Positions 37,123 through 50,805 of a stretch of DNA of 64,000 nt are shown piece by piece. The position numbers and the translations under genes were made by a program. This stretch comes from the human T2T-CHM13v2.0 reference genome, Homo sapiens. The stretch lies in the NCBI RefSeq assembly GCF_009914755.1, contig NC_060940.1; one strand, given 5' to 3'. Positions within the stretch are counted from its first letter, which is position 1; each line of letters opens with the position of its first letter. The notes under the pieces were generated by a model. It was not told where the DNA came from and searched no databases. It was given only the letters and a program-made list of their open reading frames with translations.

Positions 37123-38953
37123 GTGAAGCCATTAGATTAATTCTTTTTATTTACCTCTCTTGTTTGTTTCCACCTGCTATGCCCTCCATGCCTTCCTATT
37201 CCTTTCTCCTCACTTCTTTCATGACAGGACATGTATCAGCAAACACTACTTGGAAGGCAGGAACCTCCAAGAAAGTCTCTTTTGCAGTCGATTTATGTGT
37301 TTTGTTCCCAGAACCTGCCTGTACCCACGAAGAACAAAGCAATCTGCCTGTCATGGGAGCAGGGAATGTCAACCTTGCTGCAGGATTTGGACACTCCAGG
37401 AGCCAGACTGGATGTGGGAGCTCCAAAGGTGCAGAGAAGGGACTTCAAAATGTTGACTTTTACCTCTGTCCTGCATCACCCTGACTCTAGTTGTCGAGAT
37501 ACTTACCAGTTTTTTTCTGCCCTGACTGGACATGTGTAACTTTAGCCACTTACTCTGGGGGATCAACCCGATCTTCAACTCTTTCCATAGCTCGTGCTTC
37601 CTGTCCTAGACTGTGTACTTGAAAAAATTGTAATCCTCTTACTATAACCATCCATAACCCTAATTTAGCTCAATGGTATTATGGTATGTCATGAGGATTA
37701 AGGCTTTATATCCCAGGATTTAATGTTGGAACTATGTTCACCGTCCAGAAGAAAATCCTGGTCTCATGGAGCCGTCCTAAGCCAATTAGGCCTTTAACTG
37801 ATCTAGGCGACCCTATGTTCCAAAAACACCCAGACAAGGTCGATTTAACTGTTCCACCACCATTTCTGGTTCCTAAACCCCAGCTGCAATGACAACACCT
37901 CCAACCCAGCCTGATGTCCTTTCTAGGTGGGGTACATCACCTCCTTAATCTCACCCAGCCTAAACTAGTCCAAGATTGTTGGCTATGCCTAAAGGCCAAA
38001 CCCCCTTATTATGTGGGATTAGGAGTAGAAGAAATGCTTAAAGGTGGCCCTCTTTCTTGTCATGCATGACCCCATGCCCTCACACTAGGAGACATGTCTG
38101 GGAATGCTTCTTGTCAAATTAGCACTGGATATAACTTATCTGCTTCTCCTTTTCAGGATACTGATAATCAGTCCCTGCTTACTTCCTTAAGCACCTCGGT
38201 CTCCTACCAGGCACTTAACAATATCTGTTTAGCCTGTACTTCAGGTCTCACTCACTGCATCAGTGGGACTGAACCAGGACCTCTCTTGTGTGTGTTAGTT
38301 CATGTGCTTCCCCAGGTATACATGTACAGTGGGCCAGAAGGACAACTTCTCATCGCTCCCTCTGAATTGCATCCCAGGTTTCACCGAGCCACCCCACTCC
38401 TAGTACCCCTCTTGGCTGACCTTAGCAGCCATCCGCACAGCTGCCCTGGTTCAGGAATAAACTGGACTAATGTCCCTGTCTCAACAGGTAGGTGCTGATT
38501 TAAGCAACCTGCAGTCAGCCATAGATATACTGCATACCCAGGTAGAGTCTGACTGAAGTAGTTCTTCAAACCACCAAGGGCTTAGATCTGCTATTCCTCT
38601 CCCAAGGAGGTTTATGCACAGCTCTAGGAGAAAGTTGTTGCTTCTATGCCAATCAATCTGGGGTCATAAAGGATACTCTCCAAAAGGTTCCAGAAAATCT
38701 AGGTAGATGCCAACAAGAATGAGAAAATAATGTCTCCTGGTATCAAAGCATGTTTAACTGGAATCCATGGCTAACCACTCTAGTCACTGGGTTAGCTGGA
38801 CACCTTTTCCCCCTGCTGTTAGGCTTAATCTTTGGGCAGTGTATATTCAACTGGTTTCTTAACTTTGTAAAGCAACGCATAGCTTCTGTCAAACTTATGT
38901 ATCTTAAACCCCAATATGACCCCCTTGTTATAACTGAGGAATCAATGATTTGA
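37074..38953 (+). pseudogene. env: HERV-T (S71) env, frameshifted
   Basis: MGPQAWARTLKTVPKLSEAIRLILFIYLSC...AVDLCVLFPEP...GCGSSKGAEKGLQNVDFYLCP matches recalled HERV-T Env. Has CWLC, cleavage-site region RFHR, GLDLLFLSQGGLCTALGESCC and a TM/tail ending YDPLVITEESMI*. Confidence 0.95.
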
Positions 38954-38977
38954 TTCCCCAAAAACACAAGTGGGGAA

Positions 38978-39552
38978 TGTAATACCCAACCTTGTTTTAA
39001 TATGAATAGACTCTCCCTTAGCTGAGAAAACTGGAGGGACTCCATTTGGCTCCTTCATTTACAAGGCATCAAAGGCTCCTTACCCACCCCCTTCCTCAAG
39101 GACTTAACTTCTGCAAGTTGACTCTCAACATATCAAAGAGTGCAATTAACTGATAAGGTACTGAAGTAGGCAATGTCCACAGTTCCCAGGAATTCACTCA
39201 GGAGATAGTACCATAAAGCCCGTGTTTGTGTCTGGCAGATAACACCCAGAGCCCCAATACCTGTCACCTTGTGATGAATTTAAAGCCCCTGCACCTGGAA
39301 CCTTTTATTTTCCTGTAATTTTTTAACTGTTAACTTTTAATTTTTAACTTTTTTGTCTGTTTTACTTCTGTAAGATTGCTACAGCTAGAATCCCTTTCCC
39401 CTCTCTAAACCAAAGTATAAAAGAAAATCTAGCCCTTTCTTCAGGGCTGAGAGAATTTTGTGTGTTAGCCATCTCTCGGTCACTGGCTAACAAAGGACTC
39501 CTGAATTTGTCTCAAAGTGTGGCGTTTTCTCTCTAACTCACTCAGTTACAAC
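38978..39552 (+). mobile_element. 3' LTR of HERV-T/S71 provirus
   Basis: Preceded by polypurine tract AAGTGGGGAA. Direct repeat of the 5' LTR, about 8% different over the first ~290 bp by manual count. Probable 4-bp TSD ATGT/ACGT. Confidence 0.93.
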
Positions 39553-40250
39553 GTTTTTATAAAAATGTTAATTCATTGATGTCATGGTTGTAATATGTCC
39601 TTTCATGTACTAACTCTGGGTGTTATTTGCTCTTTTATTCTACAAAAGAAGATACTTAATATTGTTTTCCTTTCTTTCACAGTCCTTATCTAATACATGC
39701 TGTTAAGGGTTCATTTCTTTCTAAGCATGAATTTAGCCGTATCTCACAAGTTTTGATATGTTGTATTTTTGACAATTTATTTAAAAATAGTCTCCAACTT
39801 CCACTTAGAAATGTATCTCTTAATTTCTACACATTGAGGTATTTTTCTAGTTAAACTTTTCTTTGTTTCTGGTTGCTATCTTAATTCCACTGTGCAAAAA
39901 GAATGCATTTTATAAGAATTCAAACCTTTGAAATTTATTGAAATCTTTGTGGCCCATACTGTAGTCAATTTTGGTAAAAATGATCTGTGTGTATTTGAAA
40001 AGTATGTATATTTTGAGAGGGTTGCATTTTTAGGATGCATTTTTGCTTTTGAAGGTAATGTGTCATTTACCTCTGACTGCTCTTAATGTTTCTCACTTGT
40101 CTTCGGTCTTTCTTATAGTTTTCAGTTTTCTTTTGCAATTTTTCATTTTGGCATCTTTTTATCTTCATCATTTTAATCAACAGTTCTGTTAAAGTCTGTG
40201 TCATGTAATTCCAATATCTGGGCCTCTCAAGTGTCTAACTCAAACTTTCG
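39553..40250 (-). mobile_element. Old antisense L1 fragment
   Basis: TTTAGCCGTATCTCACAAGTTTTGATATGTTGTATTTT and GGTAAAAATGATCTGTGTGTATTTGAAAAGTATGTATATT resemble antisense L1 endonuclease sequence. Confidence 0.7.
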
Positions 40251-40528
40251 TTTTTAGAAAAAAAAAATTATGTCATTCATTCTGCAGATATTTGGTGAAT
40301 ACCTAGTGTGGACTTTTTAAAGTGTTTGGAGCACATACTGTGAAAAAAACGTTCTACCTTTCTGCAGCCTATATTCTGGTTACTAAATTACTCTCTTAAT
40401 AGACTATAATGGATTGGATTTATCAGCATTTTGTTTAGAATATTTGCATCAAAATTAAATATGAACTGTTCTTGACTAATATTTGCTTTAATATTGTCTA
40501 TTACACTTAACAAATCTTTTTTCTGGTA

Positions 40529-41264
<736 letters not shown>

Positions 41265-41522
41265 TGGAATATTTAAATGACATGAATTGTCATTTTTCTT
41301 AATTGTGGCTATACTTTAATTCTAAAAAATATGGGCATGGTGATTTTTCTATGGTGTATCTTCAAAATATTCAATAGATTATTAAATCATATTTCTGGTT
41401 ATTGGTCTTTAGACAAATGTTCTATTGTTTTCTAAATCAATTTTGGTAGTTTCTTGAAGTTTCTTTAAAAAATCATCTATTTTCTCTGGGCTTTTATATA
41501 ATAGTATTTCTTACATTCCTAC

Positions 41523-42167
41523 TGTTCCCAGACTGAACCAGATCTGGCTGCATGCTCTTGTGGTCCAATAATGAGATTCAGACAAACAAAAAAAAAAAAA
41601 AAAAAAGAAAAAGCAAGTTTATTTTGTAACTGAGTACAAGGAGAAGGCCAGAGATAATTCACCAGACATACTTAGGATTCTAAATTGTTTCCAGTGTTGA
41701 TATATATTTAAACCAGATGCCTGCATGCATTAAAACATGTACCTATTTCTATAAGTGATTAATTTTTGTCCTAACTAAAAGATCAGAGGCTACAAATGTT
41801 CCCTAAATCTACTTAATCTATGAGGGCCCTGGTACCAAGGTGATTACTTCTATCTTATCTTACCTAAGGCATGGGTCTGGAGAATTACTTCAGAACCCCA
41901 ATAAAGTTATTTGACCTAAGATATGTCTTGGTACACAGAATGTAAGGCTATCTTTATTATCTTGACTTGCTCCAGGTTTCAGGAGAAGCCTGGGCAAGGC
42001 TCTTAATGAACATATGTTTCATTTGTGGCTTTGGTGTCTGGGCATCAATTTTCCTAGGTTTAATGATTAACCTAATGTTAAGGTGAATGCTGTGGGAGTT
42101 TACCTGTATAACTGGTGTGCCTTGGAGGCCTGTCTGTGTGCTTGTCAGGAAGAACTGGTCTGCTATA
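41523..42167 (-). mobile_element. ERV1 solo LTR (MER39/LTR29-like), copy A
   Basis: Plus strand starts TGTTCCCAGAC and ends TGTCAGGAAGAACTGGTCTGCTATA. Minus-strand AATAAA and TATA-like run. Family assigned from memory. Confidence 0.6.
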
Positions 42168-42179
42168 TTACCTTTTGTA

Positions 42180-42492
42180 TTTTCTGTTTTTGTTTTGTTT
42201 TGTTGTTTGCTTGTTTGTTTCCTGAAACTTGGTCTCAGTTGAGTGCAGTCACAAAATCACGGCTCACTGCATCCTCTACATCCTGGGTTCAAGCGATTCT
42301 CCCACCTCACCCTCCTGAGTAGCTGGGACTACTGTCATGCACCATTACAACTGGCTCAATTTTGCATTTTTTAGTAGAGACTGGGTTTCACAATGTTGGT
42401 CAGGCTAGTTTTGAACTCCTGACCTCAGACAAGTGTCTGGCCTTGGCCTCCCGAAGTGCTGGGATTACAGGCATGGGCCACCACACTCAGCC
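42180..42492 (-). mobile_element. Alu (old), copy A
   Basis: Antisense Alu with TSD CCTTTTGTATTT / CCTCTTGTATTT. Confidence 0.92.
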
Positions 42493-42822
42493 ACCTCTTG
42501 TATTTTCATCAATACGTGAGTGTGTTTTAATCAAAGTATTCTTGCACTAATAGTAGCTTATTCTGTATGTGTTTGGTTTCTTGATATTTTGTGCCCCAAA
42601 AGATATATATTAATGATTTCTCCTTGGAGAATTATCTTTGTCATTTAATTTATTTGGTCCTCAGTGTTATCTTATCTATTGTAAATATAGGCAGTCCTAC
42701 TTTAATTTTGCTTATATTTTCTGCCACATATTTAATATCTGTCATCTTCTTTATTTTCAGATTTCCTTTACCTTTTTTTGTCAGTAATGTACCGCTGGTT
42801 TTGTTTTAAAATTAAATATTTT

Positions 42823-42975
42823 AGACTAGGCATGGTGGATAATACCTTTAATCCCAAAGTTTTCACAGGCAAAGGCAACAGGATAACTTGAGGCCAGCAG
42901 TTTGAGATCTCCCTGGTCAACATAAGGAGACCCTGTCTGTACCAAAAGAAAATTGTTTTAAAGAAAAGCAGAAAA
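42823..42975 (+). mobile_element. Alu monomer (FLAM-like), copy A
   Basis: Single left-arm-like unit with an A-rich tail. Confidence 0.8.
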
Positions 42976-43110
42976 ACAAGTGAATAAAATCAAGTATTTA
43001 TGTCATTGATGTAAAATTAAGACATTCTTATATCCTCTTGTAGCTTACTTCTTTGTTGTTTATTTTACAGTTTTGTTTACAATCATCTCTTAGTATTACA
43101 TCTTTGATAC

Positions 43111-43325
43111 CTCTCCTCCTAGGTTCAAGTGATTCTCCTGCCTCAGCCTCCAGAGTAGCTGGAATTACAGGAGTGCACCACCAAGCTGGCTAATTTTTGT
43201 ATTTTTATTAGAGACAGAATTTCACCATGTGGCCAGGCTGCTCTTGAACTCCTGACCTAAGGTGATCTGCCTGCCTCGACCTCCCAAAGTGTAGGGATTA
43301 CAGGCGTGAGCCACTGTGCCCGGCC
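43111..43325 (-). mobile_element. Alu lacking its 3' end; only in unit A
   Basis: GGTTCAAGTGATTCTCCTGCCTCAGCC...GAGCCACTGTGCCCGGCC; absent at the equivalent position (~48900) of unit B. Confidence 0.93.
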
Positions 43326-43494
43326 TTTAGTTACTTTTTCTGTTTCTACTTTGCTGCTGGTCAAATTTATTTTTTAAAAAAATTTGGTAGAGTGTTGCTT
43401 TACAGTTATGATTATCAACTTATTAATTATCACAATTGAGCCTGTATTTCTTTATTAATATATACATGTTAAATAATGTTTTCTCATCAATATC

Positions 43495-45195
43495 TTTTGT
43501 TTTCTTTTTTAATTTTCATTCAGAATCAAGAGGCACGTGCAGGTTTGTTACAAAGGTATATTGCATGGTGATTAGGTTTAGGGTACGACTGAACTCATCA
43601 CTCAGGCAGGAGCATAGTACCTAATAGGTAGTTTTTCAGCCCTTGTTCCCATCTTTGTCTCTTCTTTCTAATAGTTTCCAGTGTCTATTTTTCCCCTCTT
43701 TATATACAAGTGTACTCAATGTTTAGTTCCCACTTGTGAGAACATGTCATTTTTTTTTCTATTTCTGCATTAGTTTGCTAGATAACAGCTTCCAGCTGCA
43801 TCTATGTTGATGCAAAGGCCATGATTTTTTTTATTTGGCTGTATAGTATTCCATGTTGTATATGTAGTATATTTACTTTATCCAGTCAAATACTGTTGGG
43901 TATTTAGGTTGGTTTCATGTCTTTGCTATTGTGAATAGTGGGTCAGTGAACACAAGCATTCATGTGTCTTTAAGATAGAACAATTCATATTCCTTTGGGT
44001 ATATACCTGGTAATGGGATTGTTGGGTCAAATGATGGTTATGTTTTTAGATCTTTGAGAAATTACCACACTGTTGTCCACAATGGTTGAACGAATTTACA
44101 CTCTATCCAATAGTGTAAAAGTGTTCCTTTTTCTCTGCAACCTCACCAGCACTGTTATTTTTGGACTTTCTAATACTATCCATTCTGACTAGTTTGAGAT
44201 GTTATCCCTTTGTGGTTTTGATTTGCATTTCTCTGATGACTAATGATGATAAGCCTTTTCAATATGTTGGTTGGCTACATGCATGACTTCTTTTGAGAAG
44301 TGTCTGTTCATGTCCTTTGCCCACTTTTGAACAGGGTTATTTGTTTTTTACTTGTTGATTTCTTTAAATTCCTTCTGGATTCTGGATATTAGGCTTTTGT
44401 CAAATGCATAGTTTGCGAATATTTTCTCCTATTCTGTGTGATATCTGTTTACTTTCTTACTAGTTTCTTTTGCTGTGAAAAAGCTCTTTAAGTAGGTCCC
44501 ACTTATCAATTTTTGTTTTCTTGCAATTGCTTTCGATTACTTAGCCATAAATTATTTGCCAGGGCCAATGTCAAGAATGGTATCTCTTAGGTTTATTTTT
44601 ATAGGATGAGGTCCTACATTTAAATCTTTAATGCATATTGAGTTGATTTTTATATATGGTGACATGAAGGTCCAGTTTCATTTTTCTGCATATAGTTAGA
44701 CAGTTATCCCAACACAATTTATTGAATACATTTTTTCATTGCTTTGTTTTTCTAAACCTTATAGAAGATCAACTGATTGTATATGTGTGGCTTTACTGCT
44801 GGGTTCTCTACTCTGTTTTATTTGCCTATGTGTCTGTTTTTGTAAAAGTGCCATGCTGTTTTGGTTATTGCTGTTTTGGTTATTACTGTCACATAGTATA
44901 GTTTGAAGTTAGGCAATGTGATGGCTCCAGCTTTGTCCTTCTCATTTAGGATTACTATGGCTATTTGGGCTCTTTTTGTTTTGTATAAATTTTAGAATAT
45001 TTTTTCTAATTCTATGAAAAAAAATGACATTGGTAATTTGATAGGAATAGCATTGAATTTGTAAATTTCTTTGGACACTGTGGCCATATTTTAAGAATGT
45101 TCATTCTTCTAATTGATAAGCGTGAAATATTTTTGCATTTACTTGTGTCATCTCATTTCTTTCAGCAGTGTTTTGTAGTTTCTTTGGTAGAAATC
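43495..45195 (-). mobile_element. L1 3' end (older primate L1, PB/PA-like), copy A
   Basis: GTGCAGGTTTGTTACAAAGGTATATTGCATG (3' UTR) followed by antisense ORF2. Confidence 0.92.
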
Positions 45196-47345
45196 ATTAA
45201 GATCTACTGATTGTCCATTTCTCCTTTCATCCCACCTAGAAAAGAACTTCAACTCTTTTGTCACCTGTTGACACTCATATGCATAGAATCACTGTGTACA
45301 TTTTTATGTCAGGCTTCTTTCTTTCAATATATTTTGGATTCATTCACCTTGTTAAGTGTACCAGTAGTTCATTCATTGTATTGTATTGTATTGTAACGTA
45401 GTATTTCACTGCATTAAAATGTTATAACTTATTTCTCCATTTTCCTTTTGACAGGCATTTTATACATTTTATGTCCAGTAGTGTTTTTGTTTATCATTTT
45501 TGTATTATTGTAATGTTTATTCTGGTTATTACAGTATTCATTTTTACCTCATTTTTGTCTACTTTAGGAGTTTTCTACATCACAGGCAGTGTAGGAATCA
45601 TAAAACAATTTAATTTTGTTTACCCTTATAAAGCCTTTTATGCCATTGTTCTGATACACTTTATTTTTATGACTGTCAGATTCTAATAGACATTACTGTG
45701 GTTGTATTGAATTTCCTTTTCAGGCTTCTTTATTTAATCCTGCAGTTTTGTGCTCCCATCAGCTATTATTTTCCTCCAACTTGAAGAACTATAGTATTTC
45801 TTGTTTTGTGTTGTGCACTGCTGTCAGGTTTTTTTTTCAGCCTGTATTTGGAAAATATATTTATTTTAGAAGAGTATCCTTGAAGGATTTAGAATTTCTT
45901 GGTTGCTTTTATACCTTTTTGAAATGTCATTCCATTTTGATTTTCTCATTTACAAATTACCTGTTCAATATTTTCCCACTGTCTTATGACTTTCATAGAT
46001 TCTATTGAAATGTTTGCTGTCAGTTTTGCTGTTAAGACAGCCTACATTTTTAATTAATTTATATAATTTATTTCTATGCTAGGGACAAATGGGATAATTT
46101 CATTTGGTGTTAGAAATAAATTTCTTTCTGTGGTAGGAATAGGAATTCTTTGTCTGACATATGTATTCTGAATATCTTCTCCCACTCTGGGCTGCATTTT
46201 TATTTTTTCTATCTTTTGATAAAGATGAGTTCTTAATTTTAGTTGGGTATGGTTAATATAATTTGTGTCCTGTTTAAGAAATCTTGGCCTCTTCTTAAGT
46301 CATGAAGAAAAACTTCTTATGGCATTTTCTAAAACTTTTTGCTTTAATTTTCAAGTATAGATGTATACACTAAGATAAATTTTGCTTCCACTTAAGATAG
46401 TCATAAATACTCATTATAAATAACTAGCACCATTTATTGAAATTATTCTTCTTCTACCAACCTTGTCACGAATCAAGTGTCCATATACATGTGGATCAAT
46501 TTCTGAACTCTCTCTTCTGTTCTGTTCATGCATTTGAAAATCCTTACACCTGTGTCACACTACCTTAATTAGAAATAGTTAATAGTTATTATATTGAATT
46601 TGTAACCTGTTTCTAAATCAATGCTTTTGTTTGATTTCTCCATGTCCATAATTGTTTTACTTTATACTGTAAGAACACTAAGGAATATTGAATAAAATTG
46701 GAGATAGCAGGCATGCTTATCTTAGTTCTAGTTTTAAACTGGAACACTTTCCATATTTCACCACTAAGCATGATGTTTGTTGTAGGTATTTGTAGACATC
46801 ATTTTTACCATGGAGCAAATTCCTTTTTATTTCTAGTTAACCAAGAATTTTTTTGTCATTCTTTTCTGTATCTACAGATATGATTACATGATCATATCTT
46901 GGTTTTTCAAATTATTTATTATTATCTTTATTTCCTCATTTCAGAAAATTTCCTCATGGTTTTCATGGCCTATTCTCTTTCTAAGCCATTTAAAAGATGA
47001 TTTTCCCTCAGATTATATTCTTGATTATTTTCTTTCCTCAGTTCTCTCACAACCTTCTGATTCACTCTTGATGTGTTTGAACACCACTAAATTATCAATG
47101 TCTCTCAAATCCTTATCTTCATTATTGATCTCCATAGTATGCATCACATTAATATATTTATGACCTATCTTACTGGAATACTGTGTATCATCTATTTTTC
47201 CCTGATTTATCTGGCTTACTTTGTGACTCTAGTATCTAGGCCACTATTTATTGGCATTGACTGAGGAAACATTTTCTTAAAGTTTCTTTTAAAAAAACAT
47301 CTATTTTCTGTGGGCCTTTATATAATAGTCTTTCTTACTTTCCTA

Positions 47346-47971
47346 TTGTTCCCTCATGGAACTAGAACTGGCTGCATGTTCCTGTGGTCCAATAATGAGA
47401 TTCAGACAAACTGGAAAAAAGAAAGTTTAGTTACATAACTGAGTACAAGAAGGAGGCCAGAGAAAATTCACCAGACCAACTTAGCATTCTAAAGTCTTTC
47501 CAGCGCTTATATATATTTAAACTATATGCCTACATGCATTAACACATTTACCTATGTCTATAGGTGATTAATTTTTGTCCCAACTGAAAGGTCAGAGGCC
47601 AGAAATGTATTCTAAATCTACTTAATCTATGAGGCTCCTGGTACTGGGTCGATTACTTCTATGTCTTATCTTACCTAAGGTCTGGAGAGTTACTTCAGAC
47701 CCCCATTACATTTATTTGACCCAAGATTGGTCTTGGTACATGGAATATAGGGCTATCTTTACTACCTTGACTTGCTCCAGTTTCAGAAAACGCCTGGGCA
47801 AAACTGTTAACAAACATATATTTTATTTTCTGGCTTTGGTGACCAGGCATCAATTTCCCTATGTTTAATTATTAACTTAATGTTAAGGCAAATGCAGTGG
47901 AAGTCTGCCTGTATAACGGGTGTGATATGGAGACCTGTCTGTGTGATTGTCAGGAAGAACTTGTCTGCTAT
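47346..47971 (-). mobile_element. ERV1 solo LTR (MER39/LTR29-like), copy B
   Basis: Paralog of 41523-42167. Confidence 0.6.
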
Positions 47972-47984
47972 ATTACCTCTTGTA

Positions 47985-48285
<301 letters not shown>

Positions 48286-48616
48286 ACCTCTTGTATTTTT
48301 ATTAATATGTGATTGTGCTTTAATCAAACTATTCTGGTCCTCATAATAGTTCATTCTGTATGTGTTTGTCTCTTGATATTTTGTGCCCCAAAAGATATAT
48401 ATATAAATGATTTCTCCTTGGAGAATTATTTTTGTCATTTAATTTATTTGGTCCTCATTGTTACCTTATCTATTGTAAATATAGGCAATTCTACTTAATT
48501 TTGCTTATATTTTCTGCCATATATTTAATATTTGTCCATTTTTTCTGTTTTCAGATTTTCTTTATCTTTTCTTGTAAGTAACATATGCTGGTTTTGTTAT
48601 AAAATTAAATATTTCA

Positions 48617-48775
48617 TGTTAGGCATGGGGGCTCATGCCTGGAAACCCAGGATTTTGGCAGGCCAAGGCAACAGGATCACTTGAGGCCAGGAGTCCGACA
48701 TGAGCCTGGGCAGCATAAGGAAACCACACCTGTACAAAAATAAAATTGTTTCAAAGAAAAAAAAGAAAATAAGTA
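48617..48775 (+). mobile_element. Alu monomer (FLAM-like), copy B
   Basis: Paralog of 42823-42975. Confidence 0.8.
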
Positions 48776-49099
48776 AATAAAATCAAATATTTCTGTCATT
48801 GATAAAAAATTTAGCACACTCATACATCCTTTTGTAGCTTACTTCCTCATCATTTAACAGTTTTGTTTACAATAATATGAATATAACATCATTGATATGA
48901 TGTATGTTTTACTTTACATCATAGTTTTTAGCTACTTTTTTCTGTTTCTATTGTGCTGCTGGTCAATTTTTTTTCTTTTTTGTTAATTTGGTAGAGTGTT
49001 CCTTTATAGTACTGGTTATCAACTTATTACTAATTACTACAGTTGAGCCTGTATTTCTTTATTAATATATGCATGTTAAACAATGTTTTCTCATCAATA

Positions 49100-50805
49100 T
49101 CTTTTATTTTCTTTTTCAACTTTCATTCAGAATCAAGAGGCCTGTGCAGGTTTGTTACAAAGGTATATTGCATGATGCTGAGGTTTGGGGTATGACTGAA
49201 GTCATCACTCAGGTAGGAGCATAGTACCCAATAGGTAGTTTTTCATTCCTTGCCCCCAGCCTTGTCTCCTCTAATAGTCCCCAGTGTCTATGTTTTCCAT
49301 CTTTATGTTCATGTGTATTCAGTGTTTAGTTCCCCCTTGTGAGAACATGTGATACTTGTTTTTCCATATCTGCATTAGTTTGCTTAGGATAATTGTCTCC
49401 AGCTGCATCTATGTTGCTGCAAAAGAGATGATTTTGTTTTTTCTCTTTGGCTGCGTAGTATTCCATGGTGTATATCTAGTACATTTTCTTTATCCAGTCA
49501 ACTACTGATGGGTATTTAAGTTGGTTCCATGTCTTTGCTATTGTGAATAGTGGGTCAATAAACATAAGCATTCATGTGTGTTTATGATAGAACAATTTAT
49601 ATTCCTTTGGGTATATACCTAGTAATGGGATTGCTGGGTAAAATGATGGTTCTGCTTTTAGCTCTTTGAGGAATAGTCACACTGTTGTCCACAATGATTG
49701 AACTAATTTACACTCCTTCCAATAGTGTAAAAGTGTTCCTTTTTCTCTGCAAACTCACCTGCACCTGTTATTTTTGGACTTTCTAATACTATCCACTCTG
49801 ACTGGTGTGAGATGTTATATCTTTGAGGTTTTGATTTGCATTTCTCTGATGACTAATGATGATAATTCTTTTCAATATGGTTGGCTGCATGCATCTCTTC
49901 TTTTGACATGTGTCAGTTGATGTCCTTTGCCCACTTTTTAATGGGGTTATTTATTTTTTAGTTGTTGATTTCTTTAAGTTCATTCTTGATTCTGGATACG
50001 AGGCTTTTGTTGGATACATAGTTTGTGAATATTTTCTCCCATTCTGTATGGCATCTTTTTACTTCCTTAATACTTTCTCTTGCTGTGTAGAAGCTCTTTA
50101 TTTTAAATAGGCCCCACTTAACAATTTTTGTATTCTTGCAATAGCTTTTGATGACCCAGCCATAAATTCTTTTCCAGGGCCAATATCAAGAAAGGTATTT
50201 CCTAGGTTTTCTTCTAGGATTTTCATAATTTGCGGTCTTACATTTAAATCTTTAACTCATATTGAGTCAATTTTTATATATGGTGATATGAAGGGGTCCA
50301 GTTTCATTCTTCTGCATATAGATAGACTGTTATCCCAGCACCATTTATTGAATAGAGTGTCCTTTCTTCATTGCTTAGTTTTTGTAAACTTTGTTGAAAA
50401 TTAGCAGATTGTGGTTTTGTGGCTTTATTTCTGGGTTCTCTACTCAGTTTATTTGACTACGTGTCTGGTTTTGTACCAGTACCATGCTCTTTTGCTTGCA
50501 ACAGTCTCATAGTATAGTTTGAAGTTAGGCAATGTGATGGCTCCAGCTTTGTCTTTTTCATATGGGATTACTATGGTTATTCGGTCTCTTTTTGTTTTGT
50601 ATGAATTTAATTTTTTTTCTAATTCTGTGCACATGATGTTGGTGATTTGATAGAAATAGCACTGAATTTGTAAATTACTTTGGACTGTATGGTCATATTT
50701 TAACAATGTTGATTCTTTTAATCCATGAGCATAAAATATTTTTGCGTTTATTTGGTCATCTCTTATTTCTTTCAGCAGTATTTTGTAGTTTCTTTGGTAG
50801 AAATA
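49100..50805 (-). mobile_element. L1 3' end, copy B
   Basis: Paralog of 43495-45195. Minus-strand translation GAITLPNFKLYYETVASKRAWYWYK is L1 ORF2. Confidence 0.93.

Larger units (their letters stand above)
41450..47271. repeat. Tandem duplication unit A (~5.8 kb)
   Basis: Colinear with 47272-53112: same order of LTR, Alu, Alu monomer, antisense L1 3' end and spacer sequence. Confidence 0.95.
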
